A DNA stretch of 42,481 nucleotides from Cyanobacteria bacterium J06626_4 (GCA_038523235.1 JBCBJQ010000049.1:1-42481), one strand, 5' to 3'; positions 20,906 through 29,994 are shown, counted from the first letter of the stretch. The notes: generated from the sequence alone by a model not told the origin. Numbers and translations are program-made.

Positions 20906-20958
20906 TACTTATCTCAAAGCTTTTGCCGCGTTGATTGCCAAAAGCTTTGAGATAAGTA
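20906..20958. repeat. Perfect 20-bp inverted repeat
   Basis: TACTTATCTCAAAGCTTTTG, 13-nt loop, CAAAAGCTTTGAGATAAGTA. Confidence 0.9.
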
Positions 20959-21016
20959 TGACCGTGCTCACCCCTACTCCATCAATTAGGGCTGACAACG
21001 CGACTGACACTTTAGG

Positions 21017-21121
21017 TCATCCACATAATTCGAATGATGATAGCCCGTAGCCTAAAAAGGCACTGGCCAGCGGTACGGTGAGGTTATTGATGCCCCATTT
21101 TGAGAACGACTCCAGCAGTCG
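21017..21121 (-). pseudogene. 3' fragment of a phytol/dolichol kinase (CTP_transf_1-like) gene
   Basis: The minus strand reads LLESFSKWGINNLTVPLASAFLGY, resembling the LExFSxxGIDNLTVPL C-terminal motif. Confidence 0.6.
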
Positions 21122-21150
21122 CCTCTCAGCAACGGTCATTGCATCAAAAA

Positions 21151-21176
21151 AGGGTTAGCCGTAATCGGCTAACCCT
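21151..21176 (-). terminator. Intrinsic terminator after the HCP gene, possibly bidirectional
   Basis: AGGGTTAGCCG-TAAT-CGGCTAACCCT, with an A-tract on the left and CTTT on the right. Confidence 0.8.
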
Positions 21177-21218
21177 CTTTAATCAGATTGCTTATGCATT
21201 TCAGAAGAACTCAATCAG

Positions 21219-21683
21219 CTAAATCGACGTTGCCTCAGTTGCGACCGCATCCCGCAAGAAGCTCACCAGTTCATTTGATTCGCGATTTGACAAGTCGACC
21301 AACAAAGCATGTTGCTCTTGGCTCCAGGTATCCAGCGCTGATTTACACAGCAGCACTTCATCCGGCTGGGCATTCGCCAAGCGATACCAAAAGGCCATCC
21401 GCATGTTGGTATCAAGCTCACCGTAGACCTCAGTTAACCGAGTCGGTGAACCGCGTAGGATTTCTTGCAGTGCTTCATGGCGATCGCCCTTAGGCATTTG
21501 CTGAATCTGCTTTAGAACAGTCTGCACCTTCTGAGAAAAGAAAGCACCCGGCGTAGCAGACTTAGAAGCTCGACGGATCTTTCGCGCCAAGTAGTGCAAA
21601 ATTACTATTTGAGTTTGAGCACTCGCTTTCGAGAACTGAGCTGAGGCACTTTCGTGCGCCGAGGTTAAATTGGCTGTTGTCAT
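21219..21683 (-). CDS. Helical carotenoid protein (OCP N-terminal domain homolog), divergent
   Basis: ATPGA...QIQQM...LTEVYGELDTNMRMAFWYRLA...LVSFLRDAV matches the Carot_N domain pattern. Confidence 0.8.
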   Translation of the reverse strand: MTTANLTSAHESASAQFSKASAQTQIVILHYLARKIRRASKSATPGAFFSQKVQTVLKQIQQMPKGDRHEALQEILRGSPTRLTEVYGELDTNMRMAFWYRLANAQPDEVLLCKSALDTWSQEQHALLVDLSNRESNELVSFLRDAVATEATSI

Positions 21684-22222
21684 GACTAAATCCTAAAATT
21701 TGGTTGAATTCCGATGCTTTTTATGCTGATCCTGCTGACTCTCTCTCAATAAAGAGGACGCTCACAGAGCGGGAAAGAAGACGCTTGCAAAGCTGAGTGG
21801 CAGTGATCCCGATAGAAACTGACAGACAGCCTGGGGCTTAAAAAAAGTGTGCCCAACAATCGCACGACACACCCTTATTTATCTTGCCTCATAATTCTGG
21901 TTGTGGGGGTGATAAAGCCAACAATAACCAAGGTGGGGATCACCAAGATTTAGGGTCATCACAATCACGCGAAATCGCCCATCAGAGACAAGTCCAACTC
22001 CATTGATCCCCACAATTTGAGAATTGCCCATCATCTTTAGGGTTTTCTTCCACTTCTGAATGTGGATATTACTAAAAGTAGCGAGCCACCCATAAAAGCC
22101 TCTAAACGATGAAAAACCCTGAGGGATCATTGAGTCATCCCTTTTTGAGTCGATCGCTCGAAGTCTCATCATCGCTTGTGGCCGCTTCAAATCAAATCTG
22201 ATAGAGCATTGAAAGATGCCCC

Positions 22223-22251
22223 CGAGCGCCTTCATGCAATGAAGGCGCTCG
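22223..22251. repeat. Perfect 13-bp hairpin
   Basis: CGAGCGCCTTCAT-GCA-ATGAAGGCGCTCG. Confidence 0.8.
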
Positions 22252-22441
22252 ATTGATCAGGTGGGCAATAGAGCGAGGGACTCAATGACCGCTCTTGTCT
22301 CAACCAAGATGGCGCTTACAACGACCGTCTGACTTGCGCCTGCTCCCTAAAAGTGACAGGGTGGCAGTGCTTAACCGCAGCCAGGAAACCCTTACCCCGT
22401 TCAGGCCATCACTGGCCCCTTGCCGAGCCCCCAGCACAGAT

Positions 22442-23503
22442 ATGGAAAAACCACAGCCCACCCGACGGCAGATGATGCTAGGCCTAGGCGCGATCGCCGC
22501 CTTGCTGCCAGTGGCCTCTACAGCCCAAGCTCAGTCCCCCGCACCGACGATGGTGAAGCCGCCTCGTCTCAGACCCGGCGATACCGTAGGCATCATCAGT
22601 CCAGCGGGAGCCACTTTCGAATCTACCGATTTAGACATCGTGATGGATGCCGTGCGTGGATTGGGGTTGGTGCCGCGTCCCGCGCCCCATGTCCTAGCGC
22701 AGTATGGGTATCTAGCCGGTCGCGATCGCGATCGGGCTGATGACATTAACCAGTTTTTTGCCGACCCTGACATCGCGGCCCTGCTGCCGATCCGCGGTGA
22801 CTGGGGCAGCGCCCGCATCTTGCCCTATCTCGATTACGACGTGATTCGTCAAAATCCCAAAATCATCGTGGGCTTTAGCGACCTCACTGCTTTGTTGCTG
22901 GGCATCACAGCGCAAACTGGGTTGGTCACCTTTCATGGCCCCAACGGGCTGACGGCGTGGCGCCCCGATCAGGTGGTGCCCTTCCGTCAGGTGCTGTTTG
23001 AAGGGCAAACGCTGACCTTTGAGAATCAACCCGTGGCCGACGATCGCGATCGGCTGATGCAGACTCGCCTGCGGGTGCAAACAGTGACCTCAGGACAAGC
23101 CCGCGGCCGCCTCTTGGGCGGCAATTTGTCGGTGTTGACGGGGCTGGTCGGCTCTCCCTACCTGCCGGATTTCACCGGCGCTATTTTGTTTGTTGAGGAT
23201 GTGGGCGAGCCGATTTACCGCATCGATCGCATGTTGACTCATCTCAAGCTGGCCGGCGTGTTGGATGGGCTGGCCGGATTTGTGTTTGGGCAATGCACCA
23301 ACTGTGGCCCTTCGGGAGGATACGGCGGCCTGACGTTAGAGGCGGTGCTGCAAGACCATATTGCCCCCCTCGGCATTCCAGCTTGGGCCAATGCGGCGAT
23401 CGGTCATCTGGAACCGATTCTCACCCTCCCCCTGGGCACCGAAGTGACCATGGATGCCGACGCTGGGCGTATGGTGATGCAAGAAGTGGCGATCGCTGAA
23501 TAA
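22442..23503 (+). CDS. LD-carboxypeptidase (peptidase S66) with Tat-like signal peptide
   Basis: LRPGDTVGIISPA, GFSDLT (Ser), FHGP, GGNLS, EDVGE..YRIDRML and IGH; TRRQMML...AQA signal when started at ATG 22442. Confidence 0.9.
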   Translation: MEKPQPTRRQMMLGLGAIAALLPVASTAQAQSPAPTMVKPPRLRPGDTVGIISPAGATFESTDLDIVMDAVRGLGLVPRPAPHVLAQYGYLAGRDRDRADDINQFFADPDIAALLPIRGDWGSARILPYLDYDVIRQNPKIIVGFSDLTALLLGITAQTGLVTFHGPNGLTAWRPDQVVPFRQVLFEGQTLTFENQPVADDRDRLMQTRLRVQTVTSGQARGRLLGGNLSVLTGLVGSPYLPDFTGAILFVEDVGEPIYRIDRMLTHLKLAGVLDGLAGFVFGQCTNCGPSGGYGGLTLEAVLQDHIAPLGIPAWANAAIGHLEPILTLPLGTEVTMDADAGRMVMQEVAIAE

Positions 23504-23677
23504 GACCAGCGATCGCTGCTTCTTGCCACAAATTTAGACAAATAGGTTCCCAATACCGAGGAACTGCCTCGGAAAAATACAGCTTTATAAAGCAATCTCG
23601 AACATTCAAAATTAGCCGTTGATTTTATCTCAAATGTGTGAACAATCGAGAGACAACCGTGAGCTACAGGGGAGATC

Positions 23678-24127
23678 ATGATGGGACTCAGCACAATCGC
23701 TCAAGACCCCGCAACCAAGGCCAGCATGGTGGACGACTGTACTCATCTGATCGATGAGCAGGTCGCAAACAAACGCGGCATGTCAGGCATGGCTCTTAAG
23801 ACAGCTTACCGAGTCATTAAGGGCGTAGGCCCAACTTACCTGCGCGGGGCGATCGGTCGGGTTTTGCCGGAGGCGCTGAAAGCTCTGGAACCAATGTGGT
23901 ACGAGGGCCTCGGGTCGGGTGATCCGGTGCAATACCTGAGGCAAAACCCATCGCGCACGGCAGAAATTCTGCTCAGCGTGACCGATCAGCGCATCCAAAA
24001 TTCGTCTGGGGCGGTGGTCGGCGTTTACAAAAAACTCCGCAAATCGATCAAAAGCGATGTGGAAGAGGCGGTGCCTGACTTAGCCAACATTTTGGGCAAG
24101 CACGCGCAGGCTCTATCACAGGCGTAA
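23678..24127 (+). CDS. Conserved hypothetical protein (DUF6918-like)
   Basis: VDDC..LIDEQV..K.GMSG.A.K.AY..IK...P...LL.VTD.R...Y.KLR pattern; clean ORF with a GGAG RBS and a downstream terminator. Confidence 0.7.
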   Translation: MMGLSTIAQDPATKASMVDDCTHLIDEQVANKRGMSGMALKTAYRVIKGVGPTYLRGAIGRVLPEALKALEPMWYEGLGSGDPVQYLRQNPSRTAEILLSVTDQRIQNSSGAVVGVYKKLRKSIKSDVEEAVPDLANILGKHAQALSQA

Positions 24128-24165
24128 TTCACACATCACTCGTTCAGACTGTAAATAGCCGAGCT

Positions 24166-24198
24166 AGCCGCTCCTCTAGATTTAGAGGAGCGGCTTTT
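24166..24198 (+). terminator. Rho-independent terminator
   Basis: AGCCGCTCCTCTA-GATT-TAGAGGAGCGGCT followed by TTT. Confidence 0.8.
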
Positions 24199-24294
24199 GG
24201 TGAGCGCCTGGCCCATAACTCTATAAGTTGCGTTGACTTCAGGGAGTCAAACAAAACAGCGTTCTGACGGGTGGGGTGGGGGATTGCCAAATCT

Positions 24295-25806
24295 CTACCG
24301 AATGTCGTAGCCAAACAGATTGGGATCGACGTCGAGCAAATTCAGGTCATCGAGGCCATATTCCGCCCACCGCTGATCGACTCGGGCGGCGGTATCTGGA
24401 TCGGGGACGAGTTCATCGCTCCAGGGGCGATCGGTTTCGGGATAGACCTTAGTAGTGGCATCAATGCCCATGCGGCTGCCGAGACCCGGCTTCTCGGTGG
24501 CAAAGTCGAGGCGATCGAAGGGATTTTCGGGCAAGATGAACACGTCGCGCGCCGGATCGACCTTCGACGTGACGGCCCACATCACCTGACGCGGATCGCG
24601 GATGTTGATGGCTTTGTCCACCACAATGACGAATTTGGTGTAAGTGAACTGGGGCAGCGCCGTCCAAAAGGCAAAGGCAGCTCGTCGCGCTTGGCCAGGA
24701 TAGCTTTTGTCGATCGCCACCACGGCGGCCTTGTAGCTCAGCCCTTCCATCGGCAAGAAGAAATCTTGAATCTCGGGCACCTGCAGGCGCAGAATCGGCG
24801 TGTAGATGCGGTTCAGGGCCAAGGCCATCATGGCATCTTCTTTGGGTGGCCGCCCGCTAAACGCCGTCATGTAGATCGGATTTTTGCGATGGGTCATGCA
24901 GTGAAAGCGAATCAGCGGGGCACTGTCTCGCTGCGGGCCGTAATAGCCAATGTGATCGCCCGCTGGGCCATCAATATCCGTTTCCCCAGGGGTGATGGTG
25001 CCTTCTAGCACGATTTCTGACAGGGCGGGCACTTCCAAATTGACGGTTTTGCACTTGGCCAGATTCACCCCTTTGCCGCTGTAGAGCCCGGCAAATAGCC
25101 ATTCCGACAGGTCGATCGGCAGGGGCGTGGCCGCGGCGAGAATCAGCAGCGGATCAACGCCAATCGCCAGGGCGACTTCGAGCTTTTCGCCGCGCTCTGC
25201 CGCTTTGCGCAAGTGACGACTAGGGCCTCGCACCGAGAGCCACTGCACCGTCGCCGTGTTTTTCGATTGCAGCTGCAGGCGATAAACCCCCACGTTGGGA
25301 ATTTTGCTTTCGGGGTCTTTCGTCACCATCAAGCCCAGGGTGATCACCTTACCGGCATCGCCCGAATACACCCGCAGCAGCGGCAGCTTCGTCAAATCCA
25401 CCTCGTCGCCCTTCAGCACCACCTGATGACAGGGGGGCAAGAGGTCGCGATCGGGCTTGGCTTTGACCACATCAAAGAGGGCCTTGCCCATTTCAACCGC
25501 TTGCGAAAACTGCTTGGGCGGTCGCGGCTGATAGAGCAGCGCCAGCTTTTTGCCGATCGCCTCTAGCTCCTCGGGCGACTCCATGCCAAAACACCAGCAC
25601 ACGCGCTCTAAGGTGCCGAGGACGTTGATGGCGAGGGGCATGTCAGAGCCCTTGACATTTTCAAATAGCAGCGCTGGCCCGCCAGACAGCAGCAGACGAT
25701 TGGCAATTTCAGCCACTTCCAAATCGGGATCAACGGGCACCTTGATACGGCGGAGTTGCCCCCGCGCTTCGAGGCGATTCAGAAAGTCGTGCAGATCTCT
25801 TGCCAT
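24295..25806 (-). CDS. ubiD: UbiD family prFMN-dependent decarboxylase (4-hydroxy-3-polyprenylbenzoate decarboxylase)
   Basis: GGPALLFENVKG, NVGVYRLQ, GDHIGYY, GRPPKED, TKFVIVVD and GSRMGIDATTK. Confidence 0.93.
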   Translation of the reverse strand: MARDLHDFLNRLEARGQLRRIKVPVDPDLEVAEIANRLLLSGGPALLFENVKGSDMPLAINVLGTLERVCWCFGMESPEELEAIGKKLALLYQPRPPKQFSQAVEMGKALFDVVKAKPDRDLLPPCHQVVLKGDEVDLTKLPLLRVYSGDAGKVITLGLMVTKDPESKIPNVGVYRLQLQSKNTATVQWLSVRGPSRHLRKAAERGEKLEVALAIGVDPLLILAAATPLPIDLSEWLFAGLYSGKGVNLAKCKTVNLEVPALSEIVLEGTITPGETDIDGPAGDHIGYYGPQRDSAPLIRFHCMTHRKNPIYMTAFSGRPPKEDAMMALALNRIYTPILRLQVPEIQDFFLPMEGLSYKAAVVAIDKSYPGQARRAAFAFWTALPQFTYTKFVIVVDKAINIRDPRQVMWAVTSKVDPARDVFILPENPFDRLDFATEKPGLGSRMGIDATTKVYPETDRPWSDELVPDPDTAARVDQRWAEYGLDDLNLLDVDPNLFGYDIR

Positions 25807-25950
25807 GATTTAAGAAATGTAAAGCCGTTCTTCGTTCATTATGGAGGAAACTGGCGATCGCCTTGATGAATTCTAGCCCGGTAGTTTTTACTGAAGGGGT
25901 AGCGATCCCTCCCGAGCAGTGAGCATTGCAAGTCGTGAGCATTGGACATC

Positions 25951-26673
25951 ATGAAACGGATTGAGAGGCGGACTGGGTTTCGCATCGCGCTACTAGCGGG
26001 CAGCCTTTTCACCCTGACCGGCTGCTTTAACCGGCTCGATATCGGTGCCATTGAGCAAGAAATTGAGGCCGAAGTCGAAAGCCAAAGTCGGCGGCTGTCG
26101 CTGGCTGAGGTGCGCTGCCCGCGCGATGTTTATAAGCAATCAGGCGCTTATTTTCGCTGTGTTGGCTATCTCCGCCCCGAAGGCGAATTCACCATCAATG
26201 TGGTGCAGCAAGATAGCCAGGGCCGCATTGAGTGGGATATTCCCAGCTCGCAGGTGATTTTGAACGTCGCGAAGGTGGAAGAAAAGCTGCAGCAAGAATT
26301 TGCCAAGGCCTTTTCCAAACGGGCGGCGCTCAACTGTGGCGACATGTATCGCCTTAACCAGCCTGGTGAGCAGTTTGAGTGTGCGGTGGTCGGCGATGTC
26401 ATCGTCGGCCAGGAACAAATTACCGATTTGTTGGTCAGGGTTGACCCAGAGGGGAATTTGAATTGGTATGAGGTGAGCGAGGCGATCGCCCCAGCGACGA
26501 CCGTTTCCAACCCGGCGGGTACGACGACCAGTGCGGGCTCGCCCCAAACTGGCGCAGCGGCCAATGACGCAACTGGTGAAGCCACGACCCCGGCACAATC
26601 CTCTAGTGGCAGAGAAAGGGTCGCCGGTACCCGCGAGGTCGAACGGCCCCGCATCGCTGGCGATGATGACTGA
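25951..26673 (+). CDS. Lipoprotein with two DUF4333-like Cys-pair repeats
   Basis: Lipobox LTGC after MKRIERR...; repeats V.CP......GAYFRC and LNCG......GEQFEC; Thr/Ala-rich tail. Confidence 0.72.
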   Translation: MKRIERRTGFRIALLAGSLFTLTGCFNRLDIGAIEQEIEAEVESQSRRLSLAEVRCPRDVYKQSGAYFRCVGYLRPEGEFTINVVQQDSQGRIEWDIPSSQVILNVAKVEEKLQQEFAKAFSKRAALNCGDMYRLNQPGEQFECAVVGDVIVGQEQITDLLVRVDPEGNLNWYEVSEAIAPATTVSNPAGTTTSAGSPQTGAAANDATGEATTPAQSSSGRERVAGTREVERPRIAGDDD

Positions 26674-26863
26674 GCCTTGTTGGTGGCGCGATTGCTTCGC
26701 GCCCGACTTAAATTGGAGTTAAACTCGTCACTGGCTTTTATTAATCTTTGACACAAAGACTTTCGCTATCCTGACCCACAGGGCTTCATCATGCAGTGTC
26801 AAACTAGGGCATGACCAAGCCCACCTTGATCGACTGTTTTCCGCCTAAATCTGAGCAGATTTT

Positions 26864-27559
26864 ATGACAACTGTATTTGATTTTTTGGCCAGAGGAGGCC
26901 CGGTCATGGTGCCCATTCTCGGGTGCTCGGTGCTGACCATTGCCACCGGGTTTGAGCGGGCCTGGTTTTGGACGAACCTGCTCAAGCGAGAAAGTCAGGT
27001 GGTGAACGAAGTGCTGGATGCCGCTCGACGAGACTTAGATGAGGCGGCCGCGATCGCGGCCCGCGCCAATGACACCCCCGTCGGTCGATTTTTGCTCGCT
27101 CCCCTGCGCCTCAAAAACCCGTCGCCCGAGACCTTTCGCCTGGCGCTAGAGAACGCTGGCGACAAGGAGTTTGTCAAGATGCGACGCGGCGACAAGGTGT
27201 TAGAGACCATCGTCGCCGTGGCCCCCCTGCTGGGACTGCTCGGCACGGTCACCGGCTTGATTGCCACCTTCAACAACCTCAACATCGGCAGCGGCGGTGG
27301 CACTGATACCTCAGCTGCCGCCTCCGGCATTGGCGAAGCCCTCATTACGACGGCGGCGGGTATGGTGGTCGCGATTATGGCGCTGCTGGTCTTCCGGGTC
27401 ATGGTGACCTTTCAGGGTCAGCAGATGGATTATTTTTCGGAAGCGGGCAATGAACTGGAGCTGATTTATCGGCAATTTTGGTACGAACCGGCCCTGTCCG
27501 CCTTCGACAACCGCTCTGATCCGCCCCGCTCGACCCCGCTCGCTGCCGAACGCTATTAA
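26864..27559 (+). CDS. exbB: MotA/TolQ/ExbB proton channel protein
   Basis: GGPVM.PI...S....G.ER, APLLGLLGTVTG and GIGEALITTAAGMVVAI. Confidence 0.93.
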   Translation: MTTVFDFLARGGPVMVPILGCSVLTIATGFERAWFWTNLLKRESQVVNEVLDAARRDLDEAAAIAARANDTPVGRFLLAPLRLKNPSPETFRLALENAGDKEFVKMRRGDKVLETIVAVAPLLGLLGTVTGLIATFNNLNIGSGGGTDTSAAASGIGEALITTAAGMVVAIMALLVFRVMVTFQGQQMDYFSEAGNELELIYRQFWYEPALSAFDNRSDPPRSTPLAAERY

Positions 27560-27583
27560 CTTTACTGCGGATTTCCCCTTGCC

Positions 27584-27997
27584 ATGCGGTTTCGCGAAGC
27601 TAGAGACACCCCGCCGCCCCAGGTTGACCTCATTCCCATGTTGACGGTGATGATGGGGGTACTGGCGTTTTTTGTGGTGGTAACGCTCACCCTTGGCAGC
27701 GAAGAAATGATCGATATGAAGCTGCCCGCTGCCCAGCCGGAAGATCTACCGCCTCCCACGGTGACCAATCCACCCTTTGTGGTGGAAATGGCCGCCGATG
27801 GTGGCTTTCGCGTCAACAATACCCCCACTGATAAAGAGTCACTCAAAGCTCAGATGGAAGCGTATCTGGCACAAAAGTCGGACAATATCGTGTATCTCTT
27901 GCCCGATCGCGAGCTGTCCTATGAGCAGGTGATGCAGTTTTTAGGCGAAATGCGAGAAGTCGGCGGCGATCGCGTCTCCCTCGCGATCGAGGAATGA
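27584..27997 (+). CDS. exbD: ExbD/TolR family protein with the TM Asp replaced by Thr
   Basis: DLIPMLTVMMGVLAFF TM segment; PDRELSYEQVMQFLGEMR..GG.RVSL C-terminus. Confidence 0.85.
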   Translation: MRFREARDTPPPQVDLIPMLTVMMGVLAFFVVVTLTLGSEEMIDMKLPAAQPEDLPPPTVTNPPFVVEMAADGGFRVNNTPTDKESLKAQMEAYLAQKSDNIVYLLPDRELSYEQVMQFLGEMREVGGDRVSLAIEE

Positions 27998-28082
27998 CCC
28001 TCCTCTCTACCCCCCACCCTTCACTCTCTACCGCCTACTCCCCCACCCACTACTCTCAACTCTTTCCTTCCTCCCCTCTTCT

Positions 28083-28496
28083 ATGCGTCCCCGCCGCTCC
28101 TCTAGCTCCAGAATGCCGGAAGTCAACCTCGTGCCCATGATGGACGTGTTGATGACGGTGCTGACGTTTTTCATCATCATTTCCATGACGCTCACTGGGC
28201 GACAGCTCATCGGCATCGATATTCCGGGTGGGGTCGAAGGTGCTGATGAGGCCTCTGAAGAGGGCCAAGAAGAAGCCTTAATCATTGGCCTAGACAGCAA
28301 CGGCGGCATTGTGTTTGAAGATGAATCCATTAGCTTTCAGCAGCTCACCCAGCGGATTCGCACCTACTTCTCTGAGTTTCCTGAGGGCAAGTTAGTGCTC
28401 AAAGCCGACAAAGACCTGCCCTACGACGAAGTGGCCAACTTTTTGACAGATCTACGTGACATCGGCGGCAATCGGGTTTCGCTCGCCTTCGAATAA
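28083..28496 (+). CDS. exbD: ExbD/TolR family protein with the canonical TM Asp
   Basis: EVNLVPMMDVLMTVLTFF; LKADKDLPYDEV...L..IGG.RVSL. Confidence 0.9.
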   Translation: MRPRRSSSSRMPEVNLVPMMDVLMTVLTFFIIISMTLTGRQLIGIDIPGGVEGADEASEEGQEEALIIGLDSNGGIVFEDESISFQQLTQRIRTYFSEFPEGKLVLKADKDLPYDEVANFLTDLRDIGGNRVSLAFE

Positions 28497-28666
28497 GCCT
28501 GAGCCGAGATTTGGGTGGCATGGCTCATCAATAAATTTGGGTAGAACTGATGCGATCGCGGCATTCGGTTGCCCCGGCTGGGGAGGATTGGGTCAGGTCA
28601 ATGTCAGGCATTGGGCCGCGCAACGTTAAAGACGATATTTCACCCCAGCAAGTTCCCAAAACAAAG

Positions 28667-28696
28667 CTTAACTTTTGCTTAACTTCATCAAAAACT
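28667..28696 (+). promoter_or_regulatory. Cyanobacterial Pho box (SphR/PhoB site)
   Basis: CTTAACTT-ttg-CTTAACTT-cat-CAAAAACT: PyTTAAPyPy(T/A) units at an 11-bp period, upstream of pstS. Confidence 0.75.
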
Positions 28697-28786
28697 TTCC
28701 TTGTTGTTCGATGAAGCCGGTTTTAATCTCCAGCAAGTAACTTACACGATGGTTTTAATCTTTTAAGGCTCTACGGAGTGTGCTGT

Positions 28787-29698
28787 ATGTTTGCTAACAG
28801 AACTCAACTCACTGGCGCGATCGCGGCAGTTGTCACGGTGGCTGGTCTCGTCACCGCCACGTCTTCTCAAGCTCAGTCTGGCATTGTCCAGATCGATGGT
28901 TCTAGCACCGTCTTCCCGATCTCTGAGGCCATGGCCGAAGATTTCATGGCCGCTAACGATGGTGTCCGCGTGACTGTAGGTGTCTCCGGTACTGGCGGTG
29001 GCTTCCGCAAGTTTTGCGCGGGTGAAACTGATATCTCCAACGCCTCTCGTCCCGTCAAGGATGAAGAGCTAGAAGCTTGCGCCGAGAACGGTATTGAGCC
29101 TCTCGAAATCCTCGTGGGTACCGACGCACTCACCGTCGTCACCTCGGTCGAAAACGACTTCTTAGATGACATCACAACTGAGCAGCTCAACGCCATTTGG
29201 GCACCGGAAGCCGAAGGCACCGTCACCCGTTGGAACCAAGTCGATTCCAGCTGGCCCAATGCGCCCATTCGCCTCTTTGGCCCCGGCACCGACTCCGGTA
29301 CGTTTGACTTCTTTACGGAAGAAATCAACGGTGAAGAAGGCGCTAGCCGCGCTGACTACACTGCCAGCGAAGATGACAACATCATCGTGCTGGGTGTTTC
29401 GCGGGATGAGAATGCGCTGGGCTATTTTGGTCTCGCCTATTTCCTAGAGAACGATGAGACCCTCAAGGCGATCTCGGTCGACGGCGTTGAGCCCACGCCT
29501 GAGAACGCCAAGAGTGGCGATTATTCGCTGGCTCGTCCTCTGTACATCTACGTTAACCCCGCCGCTTTGGACCGACCGGAAGTGATGGCATTTGTGGAGT
29601 ACTACATCGAGACGGCTCGCGACACTGACCTAATCACCACGGTTGGCTATGTGCCGCTCGAAACTGATGCCTACGATGACGCGCTTGGGCTGCTTTAA
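28787..29698 (+). CDS. pstS: PstS family phosphate-binding protein
   Basis: IDGSSTVFPISEA, SGTGGGF.KFC.GETDI.NASR, PGTDSGTFDFF and SEDDN; Sec signal ending SSQA with no lipobox Cys; ATG 28787 preferred over GTG 28778. Confidence 0.93.
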   Translation: MFANRTQLTGAIAAVVTVAGLVTATSSQAQSGIVQIDGSSTVFPISEAMAEDFMAANDGVRVTVGVSGTGGGFRKFCAGETDISNASRPVKDEELEACAENGIEPLEILVGTDALTVVTSVENDFLDDITTEQLNAIWAPEAEGTVTRWNQVDSSWPNAPIRLFGPGTDSGTFDFFTEEINGEEGASRADYTASEDDNIIVLGVSRDENALGYFGLAYFLENDETLKAISVDGVEPTPENAKSGDYSLARPLYIYVNPAALDRPEVMAFVEYYIETARDTDLITTVGYVPLETDAYDDALGLL

Positions 29699-29790
29699 GT
29701 CTCAGCGTTTGACGGCTGGCTAGGGCGGCTCATTACTTCGATGGTTGATGCCTGTGCAGTCTTGGTTGCGCCCTAGCAACTTAAATGCCT

Positions 29791-29826
29791 ACCCCAGAAC
29801 AATCTCAGGTTGTTCTGGGGTTTATT
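29791..29826 (+). terminator. Hairpin / probable terminator after pstS
   Basis: ACCCCAGAACAA, 7-nt loop, TTGTTCTGGGGT, then TTATT. Confidence 0.6.
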
Positions 29827-29994
29827 CTGATGACTAGTTCCCCTTAGCGACACCTACCTTTGGCTTTTTGGCATCCCGTAAAGGTTGGGCCCCTCAACTT
29901 TCAACTGTGATTAAATCTCATCACGATTCCAACGCTTTTTCCCAGGCGTTTTTTAGCCCTCACGTGGCGCGCGCGGCGCGATCGATAACCAGGC

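Noticed and set aside
21879..22235. 118-aa minus-strand ORF
   Set aside because: No recognisable motif or RBS, and its start lies in a hairpin; it cannot be supported, although a decayed gene is not excluded.
24295..25806. ubiD without ubiX as an anomaly
   Set aside because: The two genes need not be linked, and ubiX may lie elsewhere in the genome.
27998..28082. Nearly G-free pyrimidine tract between the exbD genes as a G-quadruplex or triplex element
   Set aside because: It resembles degenerate STRR-type C-rich spacers common in filamentous cyanobacteria; no specific evidence of function.
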